This document shows positions 26,279 through 37,091 of a stretch of DNA of 64,000 bases, in pieces. Made by a program: the position numbers and the translations under genes. Under the pieces are notes generated by a model. That model did not search any database. It saw only the letters and a list, made by a program, of their open reading frames with translations, and was not told where the DNA came from. Source of the stretch: Phoronis australis (lineage: Eukaryota; Animalia; Phoronida). Where the stretch lies: assembly GCA_002633005.1 (NCBI GenBank), contig NMRA01000443.1, forward strand, positions 118,251 to 182,250, in the 5' to 3' direction. Each line of letters begins with the position of its first letter. The stretch's first letter is position 1.

Positions 26279-26806
26279 ATGACTGAGTGGATGAAAATGA
26301 CTACATCAGAAAGTTCACAAGATTCGGTCTCTGAAACCGATGGAGAGAGTCGTCAGACGATTTGCAAAGTGAACCTAAACGTCGGCGGTCGTCGTTTTAC
26401 AATTCAACATGAGAGGTTAGTGTCAATGCCGGGTACAAAATTGTCGGATTTGTCCAAGCTAGGTGATTACTGGGACCAGGACGAGAATGAATATTACTTC
26501 GACAGAAATTCAAGTTATTTTGACAGCATCCTGGATTATTATCGAGTAAGCGAAATCCACATGTCCAAAGACACATGCGTTTCGCGTCTTCAAGAAGAAA
26601 TGGAATTTTGGGAAATCCCTCCCACTGCGCTCCTCAACTGCGTAAGAGAATGTAAATTTGCCAAGGATTGCATTCAAAGTAAATTCAAACTATCCCTCAT
26701 CAGTGAAGACAACATGACCCACGCTACTAGCGATACCCGCTGGAGAGCTTTCCAACGAAAGGCTTGGCTGTTTTTAAATCAACCATCGTCATCCAAGTAT
26801 GCAAAG
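26279..26806 (+). CDS. Voltage-gated K+ channel subunit (Shaw/Kv3-like, divergent), exon 1: T1/BTB domain
   Basis: VNLNVGGRRF..PGTKL..EYYFDRN..F..ILDYYR..H.....C...EEMEFW..WLFLNQPSSSKYAK, followed by a GTAGGT donor in phase 0. Confidence 0.9.
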
Positions 26807-27841
26807 GTAGGTAATTTGAAAACACCGTTTATGGTCGGGTGATAAAACACATAGCTCTGCATTCGAAAAGCTTTTCGTAACAATTATGAAGGTAGAACAC
26901 TATTCCATATTTTTGGAGACGTTTGTTGGACAAAACTGCCAAAGACAAAATTAACTGGTTAGTTGTTTATCATACTGATACTGGAAAGTTTCTGTGGTCA
27001 CCAACATGACCATTCATACCACGTGTCAAAATTGTGCTACGAAAACCAAACCACTGATATAGAGTTTTAGGTATTTCTAATATAATCGACCAATTCGATG
27101 TACGAATTCAATAGCCTGCAGGTCGTGTATCTCTGTCTTACTCAATGTGAACAACGTTAACCATGAATCAGCTTTTCAAATAACACAAAATATTTCCACT
27201 CCGTGATAGAAATAAAAATAATTTCAAGTCAACAATATGTTAATCAAACATCAGCAACTGACTGCCAAAAACACTGCTACGATTGGCAAACCACGGCTCG
27301 CGGCAAAATTTGACCTGTTTAAACCAATCACAGAATGTTCTCTAGTTTCCTTTTGGAGGCAGAAATCAATTTCTATTGCAAGAAAAAGTTTTAGGCCAGT
27401 TTCTTAAAGATAATCAGATTACTTTATTCTTTTCTGCAGCTGTTTCGGCTGTAGGCTGGGAGGAAAGGCTGTCCAGACTGAGAGATACTTTTATGTTAAC
27501 GATTTGACCCTTATACACGGATGCGCTCCGCAAACGCAAGACTGTCCACACAGCACGAGCGGATAATAGTCTATTAAAATAGGTGGCAATAGCATGTGTA
27601 GTCACTGAAGTATCTAGATATTCACTGCATCCATTCTGTGTTATGAAGGTTACGCAAGACCACGTAAAACCACTCCAGTGAAAAGCGAGTATTTCGCAAA
27701 ATACCCTCGTGAGCAGACGTGACCTTACTCCAGCGGCGGATCTAGGATACCATAAGGGGGGGCCCAACACTTTGTCTCGGGCAATCGCGTAAACCACGAC
27801 TGCATGCGCGCAACCAGCCGGAAATGAAGGAGGGCTTGGAC

Positions 27842-30800
27842 TGTTGAAATAAATCACTTTTGGTTGCAAAAAAAGAAAACCGCAACACGTGGTGAGAATG
27901 ACCCAATCTATTGTCAAAAAAAAAACTAACTACAACGAAACAACTAATCGTACTAATGCGGTCGATGTAACGTAGAAGGAACTTAAACTAATAAATGATT
28001 TTCAACACTCCTCCTCAGTTGTTAGTGTTTAAGTTCAATCATAACTAATAAAAGACTTTCTCAAAGTCCTCAATACAGGTATGATAAAGTATTCACTAGA
28101 CGTTGACTAATAAATGCCAACACTCCTCACTTATGTTAACCGTTGAGCAACTAACAAACTAATGTTTAACTAACACCTGCCATGGCCCTGAGTTTTTCAA
28201 ATGTTTCTCTTGGCAATGGCTTCGTCAACATGTCTGCTATCATTAGTGCACTGCAACAATACTTTAAGTCAATAGAACCAGTGCTGACCAGATCACGGAT
28301 AAAGTGATGTTTGATTTTAATATGTTTGGCACGACCATGAAATTTTTGATTGTGACACATTGATATGGCTGCCTGGTTATCCTCAAAAATAGTTACCGGT
28401 TTTTTGAATTCCACTCAACTCGAGCACAAGTTTGGAAAGCCACATGGCTTCTTGCGCAGCCATCCCCAAGGCAACATACTCCGCTTCAGCTGATGACAGA
28501 GCAACACATGATTGACGTTTGCTTCTCCAGCTGACAACTGATCCAGTCACATAAAAAATATATCCAGATGTCGAATACGATATCTCCTCTCCAGTCGGAG
28601 TCGGAATATCTAACACAGTCCGAGAGCTCACTACTTGGAAATCGCAATCCGAAATGAACCGTTCCTTTCAAGTATCGCATTTTCCGCTTAACAGCAGACC
28701 AGTGCTGTTCGGTCGGTTTCGAGCAGAACTGAGAAACACGACTCACTGCAAATGCTATATCTGGCCTTGTCCACTGACTCAGATATAGTAAACTTCCAAC
28801 AGCAGACTGATATAATTCCTGATCAAAAGTAGCAACATCATTTGGTTCANTGTATTCGTCAAACACAACATCACGAGTAAGAATGACTCAATCACGAGTT
28901 ATATCATACACACGATATGCCTTACTATCAGGTGCATAACCCAGAAAGATGGTCTTCCTAGATTTTGAATCAAACTTTGAACGTTCGTCCTTAGGGATAT
29001 GTGCATATGCTCTGCAGCCAAAAACACGTAGAGTATCAACTCTCGGTTTCTCGCCCATCAAGGCCTCAAATGGAGTTTGACCTTTTACTGCCCTCGTAGG
29101 ACTTCGGTTTTGCAAATAGGTAGCAGTGGAGACTGCCTCTGCCCAAAATTTCTGGGGCAAAAGCGATTCAGCAAGCATTGAGCGTGCAGTTTCGACAAGG
29201 GTGCGATTCATTCTTTCGGCAACTCCGTTTTGCTCTGGTGTCTTCGGAACAGTTACTTGGAGTCTGATTCCCTCTCGTCTGAGGTACTGTTCAAATTGCT
29301 TTGAAATGTACTCTCCTCCATTGTCAGATCTGAGAGTTCTGAGTTTCTGACCAGTAAGATTCTCAGCCATAGACTTCCATTCTAAAAAGGTATCGAATAC
29401 CTGATCCTTACGCTTGATGAAGTACACCCAAGTATACCGGGAATAATCGTCGACAAATGATAGAAAGTATTCACAGCCACTGAGGGAAGCTGTGCTCACT
29501 TTACCATAAACATCAGTGTGCACGAGTCCCAGAGGAACATTGCTACGATGGGCCTTGCCTTCTGGAAAGCTGGCTCTGTGCAGTTTACCTTGAACACAAG
29601 GCTCACAAACTCCCAGTTCACAATCCGACTTACAGTCAAGTCCAATTGTCATCTTACTGCGTATCAATTGTTTCAAACTTTGGCCACCTAAATGTCCAAA
29701 ACGACGATGCCACAACTCAAACTGTGAGTTAGTCTCTGCTACTGACACACACTCAGTCACGGGATTTACATTTAAGTAATACAGGCCATCGACTTTACGG
29801 CCTTTTGCAACTGCTTTACCAACATCATTCATAATGTTACATTCAGTATCAGTAAATTCTATGGTGCCAAGTTTGCTGGTAGCTTGTGAAACGCTTAACA
29901 AACTGAATGACAGGCCTGGTACAAACAGAACATTTTCTAACACGCATTTTGTGTTATTCCCGTTCAGGGAATCAAGTTCGAGTTCAACCGCTCCTTGGCC
30001 GGTTCCTTTTAAAACACGTCCATCCTCAAGCGTTACGTTTCTACTGTCCTGAAGCTCCGTAAACTCGGTATATTTTGCTCTGTCGTTGCACATGTGATGC
30101 TCCCGAGTCTATGATCCATTCATGAGTAGACCTTGCATTAGTAAGCTTTGCATTGATCAGCAAGCCAACAGACACCTCACTGTCACTGTCCTTAGTCGCA
30201 GTGTTGGCTGTATCGGCTTTGTATTTTGTATCACTGCCATCTTTGTTTGGACAATTACGTTTTATGTGACCATACAATTTACATCCATAACACTGAGGAC
30301 CCTTGTTTGACCTAGTCTTTTCCCGAGCGACAAGTGCTTCCCCGGCTGACTGTTCGCTAAGTTTCCGCTCCTCGTGTAATAAACGCTCAGTCACTAATTC
30401 CATCCTAGGCACCTCCTCGCAAGCTTCCAATGCTGTAACCAACACAGCATACATATCGGGAAGACTTGGAAGAAGATGCACAACACGATCTTCATCGTTT
30501 ACTGGATCGCCAATAACTGGAAGTTCATTAAAAACCTCAGTCATGGATTTGATATGAGCACTGACGTCATCACCTGCATTTAACTTCAATGAATATATAG
30601 TTTCTTACGTAAATGCAGCTTATTTGCCCAAGTTTTCCTTTGAAACTGGTTCTGCAATTTCTGCCACACTTCACAGGGATCCACCGGGTCTCCTAGTATG
30701 TACAACAAACTAGTGTCCACTGAGAGAACTATGGTAGCAAGTGCTTTGTCCCTTCTCACATTGTATTTCTCGAGTTTTGAAGCATCATCTCCCGAAAGAG

Positions 30801-31247
30801 GAACTTCCTTACCCGCGACAATGCTCCCTAGGTCATCTTTCATCAGTGCCATTTGACACTGAACCTTCCACGTTGCTTAGTTTTTACCAACCAGCGGTGA
30901 AATTACCGAAATCACTGATTTTTCCGCACTCTTTGATTTTTCACGTTCAACAGTCGTCCGTCTTTCAAGTCCAAAAACAACGACACAACGTCACAAATCA
31001 ACCTATTAGTGGCACACAAAAATCGTCCAGATTTCATTCAATTCCTCTACAAAGTCACAATAGCGTCCTGGGCCCATAACCTGTTGAAATAAATCACTTT
31101 TGGTTGCAAAAAAAGAAAACCGCAACACGTGGTGAGAATGACCCAATCTATTGTCTAAAAAAAAACTAAGTACAACGAAACAACTAATCGTACTAATGCG
31201 GTCGATGTAACGTAAAAGGAACTTAAACTAATAAATGATTTTCAACA
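27842..31247 (-). mobile_element. Ty1/Copia LTR retrotransposon (defective) in the Kv intron
   Basis: 166-bp TG..CA LTRs at 27842-28007 and 31082-31247 (3 mismatches) and TSD TGGAC/TGGAC. PBS GGTTATGGGCCCAG (copia half-tRNAiMet type) follows the 5' LTR, and PPT GAGGAGGAG precedes the 3' LTR. Confidence 0.97.
28166..30930 (-). pseudogene. Copia gag-pol, frameshifted (gag, CCHC knuckle, protease, GAG-pre-integrase, rve integrase, RNase H)
   Basis: CYGCKLYGHIKRNC; WIIDSGAS; LWHRRFGH..CEPC; VHTDV..DDYSR..RSDNGGEY..PEQNGVAERMNRT; SSAEAEY; EDNQAAI; ADMLTKPL. Most of the RT is absent across the N at 28850. Confidence 0.93.
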
Positions 31248-32407
31248 TGGACTTCTCAGAATGTGGACCTCCTTGCTGAAATGCAACCGCACCCCCCCCC
31301 CCCCCCCCCCCNNNNNNNNNNNNNNNNNNNNNNNNNNNNNNNNNNNNNNNNNNNNNNNNNNNNNNNNNNNNNNNNNNNNNNNNNNNNNNNNNNNNNNNNN
31401 NNNNNNCCCCCCCCCCCCCAGCCCCTAAATACGCCTATGTACTCAACTCATATATACTAGCAATTGAAGCTGGTGGTCAATGAAGTCATTGGTCGACGAG
31501 GCTGAAGTGTTGTATAATGTGATAGAATTATTTTTTCCATTCTAACGTGAAACTTTCTCGTCTCTAGTGCCTCGCGTTTACGGAACGCGACCCGGTATCT
31601 AATTGCTTTTTAGCCCCGTGGCTGCAGACCCCACCTAAGGCCATTGGTTTCATTACCTGTTCAGGCACAAAGTGAACTCACTGTCAGACGACTATACAAT
31701 CTGTCGTAAGCCTTTATCCCAAATGAACGCCTTATTTTACAATGTGTTGCGAACGTTGGTTCGTGAAAATCAAACTGTTTGTAAAAACTAATTGTGGTTA
31801 ACGAGAAAAGAAAAGACAAGTCTGAAAAGACCGTTTTAGAGAGACCGCCGAGTTACGAGGAGGAAGGCAGGCAATCTAGTCCGATATGTTTGCTAGGGTA
31901 AAAGGCCTAAACGAAAAAATTAAGAAACATCACGTTTGTGGTCATCCTGAGCGTAGATGTACATGTATAGAGATAGATTGGACATAACTCATTGAACCGG
32001 ACGTTGAATAACCGTAAAAGCACTAGGCTCGCCACGTGGCGTCATGTTGTTGTGTTGAACATAACGCTTAATCGTCGTGAGAGACCGTCCCGAGTTGGTA
32101 TGTGGTGCAACTCGGGACGGTCTGGAGTCTACAGAAAACCATAGTTCAACTGTGAGTCTACACCAATGTGATAAACGAGAGTAGTTCTACTTGCTGCGTC
32201 AGCTGCTGGTATGCTTATCTCTTTTACGACACACAATGTGCGACTGGGCAAAGCGTTTTCAAAATAATGTGGATAAATCAGTGGAGTGTGAAACCCCTGA
32301 GGTCCCTGTCAAGTCCTCACGGCAATTTTACGTTATGGCTCACCGTAAACAAACCAGCGTGACCGTAGGCGGACAAGGGATCTTGCTATATCAAATACAA
32401 AATAATA

Positions 32408-32651
32408 GAAAACAAGAACACACAACACAAAAATACGTTGAGCATTATTAGCGAGATACTTCAATAAATTAGGACTTATGAGGATTTTCATTTCACTTTC
32501 AAAACACTTCAAAAGTGATCACTGGCCAAAGAGCATTTTGGTAGCTCTATTATCGAAACCGACCAAACGGTTCCGAAGTTAGATTCTTTTTGTCCACCGG
32601 CTTTCACCGCGATCCACAACACCAGGAAGAGATAACTACTCTTCCTGATAA
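32408..32651 (+). mobile_element. Short Helentron/HINE-like element
   Basis: Starts near AAACAAGA and ends in hairpin CAGGAAGAG-ataacta-CTCTTCCTG followed by ATAA. Confidence 0.4.
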
Positions 32652-32819
32652 CACTCAGTTCCATGAATACAGAGCCACGTGATAGTCAATCTCTCGCACT
32701 ACATGCATACTCTATGATCCTGGGTAATTCGGATATTAATTAAGACTACGGAAATATCTCAGGTGTTCCAGACGCGTTTGTGACATAACGATGCTTCATC
32801 ACAGTCCATTCCGTTGCAG

Positions 32820-33707
32820 GTACCTCTCATTTTGTACACTGTAGCTGGGTTCATATCTGCGTGCACACACATCCTGTCTACGTGCTCCGATCTGCGCATG
32901 AGCTTCAGAGAAAATGAAATCGAATTCATCAATTCCACCTTTAAAAACATATTCGCGGACAGTCCGAAGATGAAGCAATTCTATATCACCGGCACTCATC
33001 CTGCGTTGCACGTTACTGATTTGATCACGTTGATGTACTTCACATTCGATCTCGTTGCTAGGATTTTGTGCTGTCCGTCAATCAAAGAATTCAGATCGAA
33101 TCATAACAACGTTCTGGATGTGATATGTCTCGTTGTCGGATGGATTCAGTTCTCATGCATAACAATGTACGCAGAGGCTGTCACCAGTTTACGGAAATTG
33201 TCAACAACAACGTACCAGGTCGTCATTAATCTGATTATGATTATGAAAACCCTTGCCATCCTTCGAATATCGAGATTCGTCCGTTTCATCTCGACAACCA
33301 TGACAGGAAAAGCAATCTGGCTAACTTTAAAATCCTGTTGGAAAGTCACTTTGTGTCTTTTAATATATTTAGTGAGCCTTTCCTACGTGTTTGGAAGTTT
33401 GGCGTACACGTGCGAACTCAGCGACCCGTACAATATGCCAAGTATACCGCACGCCATCTGGTGGGCACTCATCACCATGACGACCGTTGGATATGGTGAC
33501 GAAGTACCGAAAACAGTCTTAGGGAAAGTGGTCGGTGGTTTTTGTGCAATGACTGGAATCGTTTCTACGGCACTTGTCGTAGCCGTTGTCAGTGAAAAAT
33601 TCTCCACTACCTTAGAGAATCTGAATAGAGAACAAACCCAAATATCTTCGGCCAGGCGGAACACCCTAATTCGCTTGTGCAGCGCTTTAAGAAGTACGAG
33701 AATGTAA
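32820..33707 (+). CDS. Voltage-gated K+ channel subunit, exon 2: S1-S6 and pore
   Basis: Acceptor ccgttgcag (32818-32819), phase 0. S4 KTLAILRISRFVRF, pore SIPHAIWWALITMTTVGYGD, S6 GIVSTALVVAVVSEKF. The spliced protein is about 471 aa. Confidence 0.92.
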   Translation, partial: VPLILYTVAGFISACTHILSTCSDLRMSFRENEIEFINSTFKNIFADSPKMKQFYITGTHPALHVTDLITLMYFTFDLVARILCCPSIKEFRSNHNNVLDVICLVVGWIQFSCITMYAEAVTSLRKLSTTTYQVVINLIMIMKTLAILRISRFVRFISTTMTGKAIWLTLKSCWKVTLCLLIYLVSLSYVFGSLAYTCELSDPYNMPSIPHAIWWALITMTTVGYGDEVPKTVLGKVVGGFCAMTGIVSTALVVAVVSEKFSTTLENLNREQTQISSARRNTLIRLCSALRSTRM

Positions 33708-34009
33708 GGTTATGCAAGTCATTTCGTTTGTCTATTTATGGGTCTGTTGACGTCAGCGATCATGAAGGTGTTAGTACATACCTATTTACAAAGAATAGTT
33801 TATTTTAGCATTTTCAAATATCTAAAAAGATTTAAAGTAGCACTTCCTTTCATTTTAATTACTGATCAGTCGCTAAAGAGTCGTTAAATATGCTAGGCAT
33901 GCGAATCAAACTGCTACCGTAGGCCCTATATGAGCACCTTTCGGTCCATGCGCCTATATTTAAAGCTTCAACCGTATCAGAAATCAAGCGCATGCTCCTA
34001 TACGCAAAG

Positions 34010-34130
34010 CACGAGGTAATCTGGCCTATTGGGATATGTCGGCCTCCTTTACTAAAGGTCGTGGGTTCGGGTCCCACTGGGGTACACTGACAGACACTTG
34101 AATCAGGATTCTAGCTCCTCAGTTCAGTTC
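34010..34130 (+). mobile_element. tRNA-derived SINE head
   Basis: A box TGGCCTATTGG and B box GGTTCGGGTCC, followed by CTTGAATCAGG, similar to the SINE near 59300-59503. Confidence 0.5.
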
Positions 34131-34569
34131 CAACTACATATTAATAAAGCATGAAATTGGTCCCAGGTGATCAGTACAATGGGCCTACCACAGCTGTTCA
34201 CCGCAACACATTTAGTTAAAGCAAGGTTATGTAATCACTTATGGCTCTTTGCCTAGGCTAACAGGGCGACATCTGTTGGATCAGTTTTTACTATAACATA
34301 CCCAAGTTGGTTCAAAGGTCTTCTGCATTTAATATTGAGACAACTTGACACTGCAGACTTAATTGAATTATAGCCAAAGCATACAATAACATTCCTGGCT
34401 GGTCCAGTCCAAAATATATCGGGGGTTAAGATTGAAATATGATGTTGAAAGTGAACAACAGACTCTTGCATCAAAAATAGTTACGCCATTTCAAACGTAA
34501 TTTTTTCATATAAAAAAGTTTTTTTAGATAATCTGTTGTTATACAACAAAAATATTATATTTTTTCCAC

Positions 34570-35803
34570 TAGTTTAAATAAAAATGAAAGCGCTCCGAGG
34601 AGCGAAACGTGGCGAAATTAACCAAAAAGATGACGATAAAGATGATGACGATGATGACGAATATGACGACGATGGTGGCGAGGATGAACAAAAGAAGTAA
34701 TAATAACATACACATGACGAACGTAGAAGTCCGAAAGCAGTATGAAAAAGGCTACAGTCTTGAGCGACACTTGGCGAAATTAACGGAAAAGACAACGACG
34801 GAGATGATGACGAAGATGATGACGATGATGACGAATACGATGATGGTGGTGGCGATGATGAACAACATCACAACAGTCATATGACGAACTTAGATGTCAT
34901 AAATCAATAAGAAATAGTCTACAGTCTAGTTCAATAGAAGATAAACCAACATCAATGCAGCAAGAGCGCTCAACAAAGGAACAGCGTTATCATAAAATCT
35001 CAAATAACTCAAAAAGTAGACGTCCTAGCGAAAAATGGAAAACATCTCCTGAAAGCCCGTTCAAAATTCTACCTAAACTGATGATATCGCCTAATTCCGT
35101 AAATTTTTCGAACAAAATGAAATTTTGCGTTTTTTTTAAAGAAATTCAAAGTCAAATAACTCGAAAACGGTAAGTCTGAGAAAAAATTGTTACAGACCAT
35201 TTGAAAGAATATACTTCAAAGAATCCACATGCAAAAAATCACGTCTTTTTCTCTTCCCGTTTAAAATCGCACTCCAGCACGGCTGAAAATGGGTCAACAT
35301 GCGCCAGATCCGCCATCTTGAAAGCAACTTCTGGTTTTTTGGCTTTGTATAATAGCATGTCATAAGAAACTAATACCTGTAAAAATTCGAAGGAATTGGT
35401 CATATAATGCGCCTTCTACAGGAGAAAACGTTTTTAGGCCAAAATCGAGGTGCGCATGCGCGGTCGCCGATATTTCCGCCATATTTAACCGGAAGTGAAC
35501 AATTTCCGAGATACTTGTAGCAAACTTCCGGTCCATTTACTGTGCCTATTCTTAGCCTTTTACGTAAAAAATTGTAGCCTCCAGAAGCATTTGAACCTTT
35601 AAATGAAAAAAATAGCCGTCACAGCCGCCATCTTGGATCCGATTTTGACGAAAAACAATAGGCTTGCAGTACTTCCGGAAGTACGTGTTATGTGTAAATT
35701 TCGTGATGATCGGACGAAAATTGCGACCTGTATCGTGCGACCAAACAAAAAAAAACTTAGTGGAAGAGCAACATATTTGGCGAAATTTATTTCGCCAAGT
35801 AAT
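34570..35803 (+). mobile_element. Helentron/HINE-like element nested in the Chapaev element, with a 162-bp (GAT)n-containing tandem dimer
   Basis: TGGCGAAATT at about 34610 and 34772 (162-bp period with GAT/GAC microsatellite) recurs in the terminal hairpin TTGGCGAAAT-TT-ATTTCGCCAA near 35777-35798. Internal blocks CCGCCATCTTG are repeated. Confidence 0.55.
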
Positions 35804-36069
35804 CACTTAGTTGGCATATGTCAAATTAGTATGGTAGAGCATCTTTTCCCCCTGTTTCCCCCCTACATTTGCAGTTCAACTCTCCTAAAATCCAGTTACT
35901 GAAACAGGATGTCACTCTGCTTTTATTTACTATCCAAAGAGACAAATAGCAAATGAACTTTACACTACAGTATTAGACAGTAACAAAATGTATAGGATTT
36001 GTTTCTATCTCTACACATAGGATTTGTGTACACTAACTGAGGTCAGAGCAAGAAGGTGAGTCCAGTTGA

Positions 36070-36245
36070 CCAGTGATTGTAATTTGTTCTGAGTTCCGGT
36101 GAATTCTTTGTCCAGTGTTTTTTCATCACTGAAGTAACTGAGAGTAATGGGTTCCTAATTCCCACAAATGTAATTTTAAATGTGTTGAATGTCAGTTTTA
36201 TGGATGGATTCCCCTCCTTGCTCTCCAAGTAGTCCTAACCCAAAT
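36070..36245 (-). pseudogene. Chapaev transposase C-terminal catalytic fragment
   Basis: FGLGLLGEQGGESIHK, then after a frameshift TFNTFKITFVGIRNPLLSVTSVMKKHWTKNSP. This matches the G.G..GEQG.ESIH..FN motif that carries the third (E) DDE residue. Confidence 0.75.
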
Positions 36246-36829
36246 CAGGTTTCTCTCAAAGAGGATATGACATGATTCACGAGTCAGTGCTGCTAAAATG
36301 CGAGAATCAGAGAATGCACACCTATAATATTTCAAGTATTCTCGGATACATAAGTGAGCATTGTCTATTTCTTATTCGACATGTAATTACTAGGTCAGAG
36401 GCTTTTATGAACACTAGAATACAGTCTGGTCAGTTTGGAGAATTTAGTACTGATTGCCACTGCTTTGTTTATCATACACATGTCTCTCGTCAGTGCTTGT
36501 GTTATGTTCACACTTGAATTCGATTCAGTTATGTACGTGTTGCAGTGATTACCAATTAGTGATTTACCGTGATGGACTTGTCTATGTATTGTAAGTTGCT
36601 TTAACGACTGAAGATGTTTAGTTAAATGACCTTCTCCATACGATAAAATACTATTTGGATATTCCCCTTCTAACTGCGCTTTAAGTTCAGGTAATTTTTA
36701 CTGAATATGAAGTTTTCTAGTGTTATTCCGAGCTAACCGTGCAAAAGAGAATTACCTCCTCACCGACGTCTAATCGCTCGAACTCATTCTCCAGGTTACT
36801 AATTTACCTCCTTAAGTATATTTATTTTT

Positions 36830-37091
36830 TCAGGCGTTTGACATGCAACTTGTATAAACTGGTCTCCGTTTAGCACTGGCAATTGAATGATAACATTTAG
36901 AACAAAAGTATTGTGAAAGCGGTTTAGGGTCATCCGAGCGAACATCTATTCCAAAATGAAAAGCATTAGGATCAATGTATTTACTGCATAAAACATTTTT
37001 TTTACCTTTTGAGTAACATAAGTTGCAAAGACAGATACGGCAGAGGTAAAGAAATGCTTTGTTTGTGAAAACCGTCATGCATGTCTGACAT
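36830..37091 (-). pseudogene. RAG1 N-terminal-like (Chapa) Zn-binding domain fragment
   Basis: MSDMHDGFHKQ, frameshift, then AFLYLCRIC..FHFGIDVRSDDPKPLSQYFCSKCYHSI. This resembles RAG1 non-core [34 protein letters not shown]. Confidence 0.75.

Larger units (their letters stand above)
27731..31439. mobile_element. CAGCGGCGGATC-type MITE split by the Copia insertion
   Basis: CAGCGGCGGATCT start and AAATACGCCTATG end, with TACTC/TACTC 5-bp flanks (27726-27730, 31440-31444). Confidence 0.65.
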
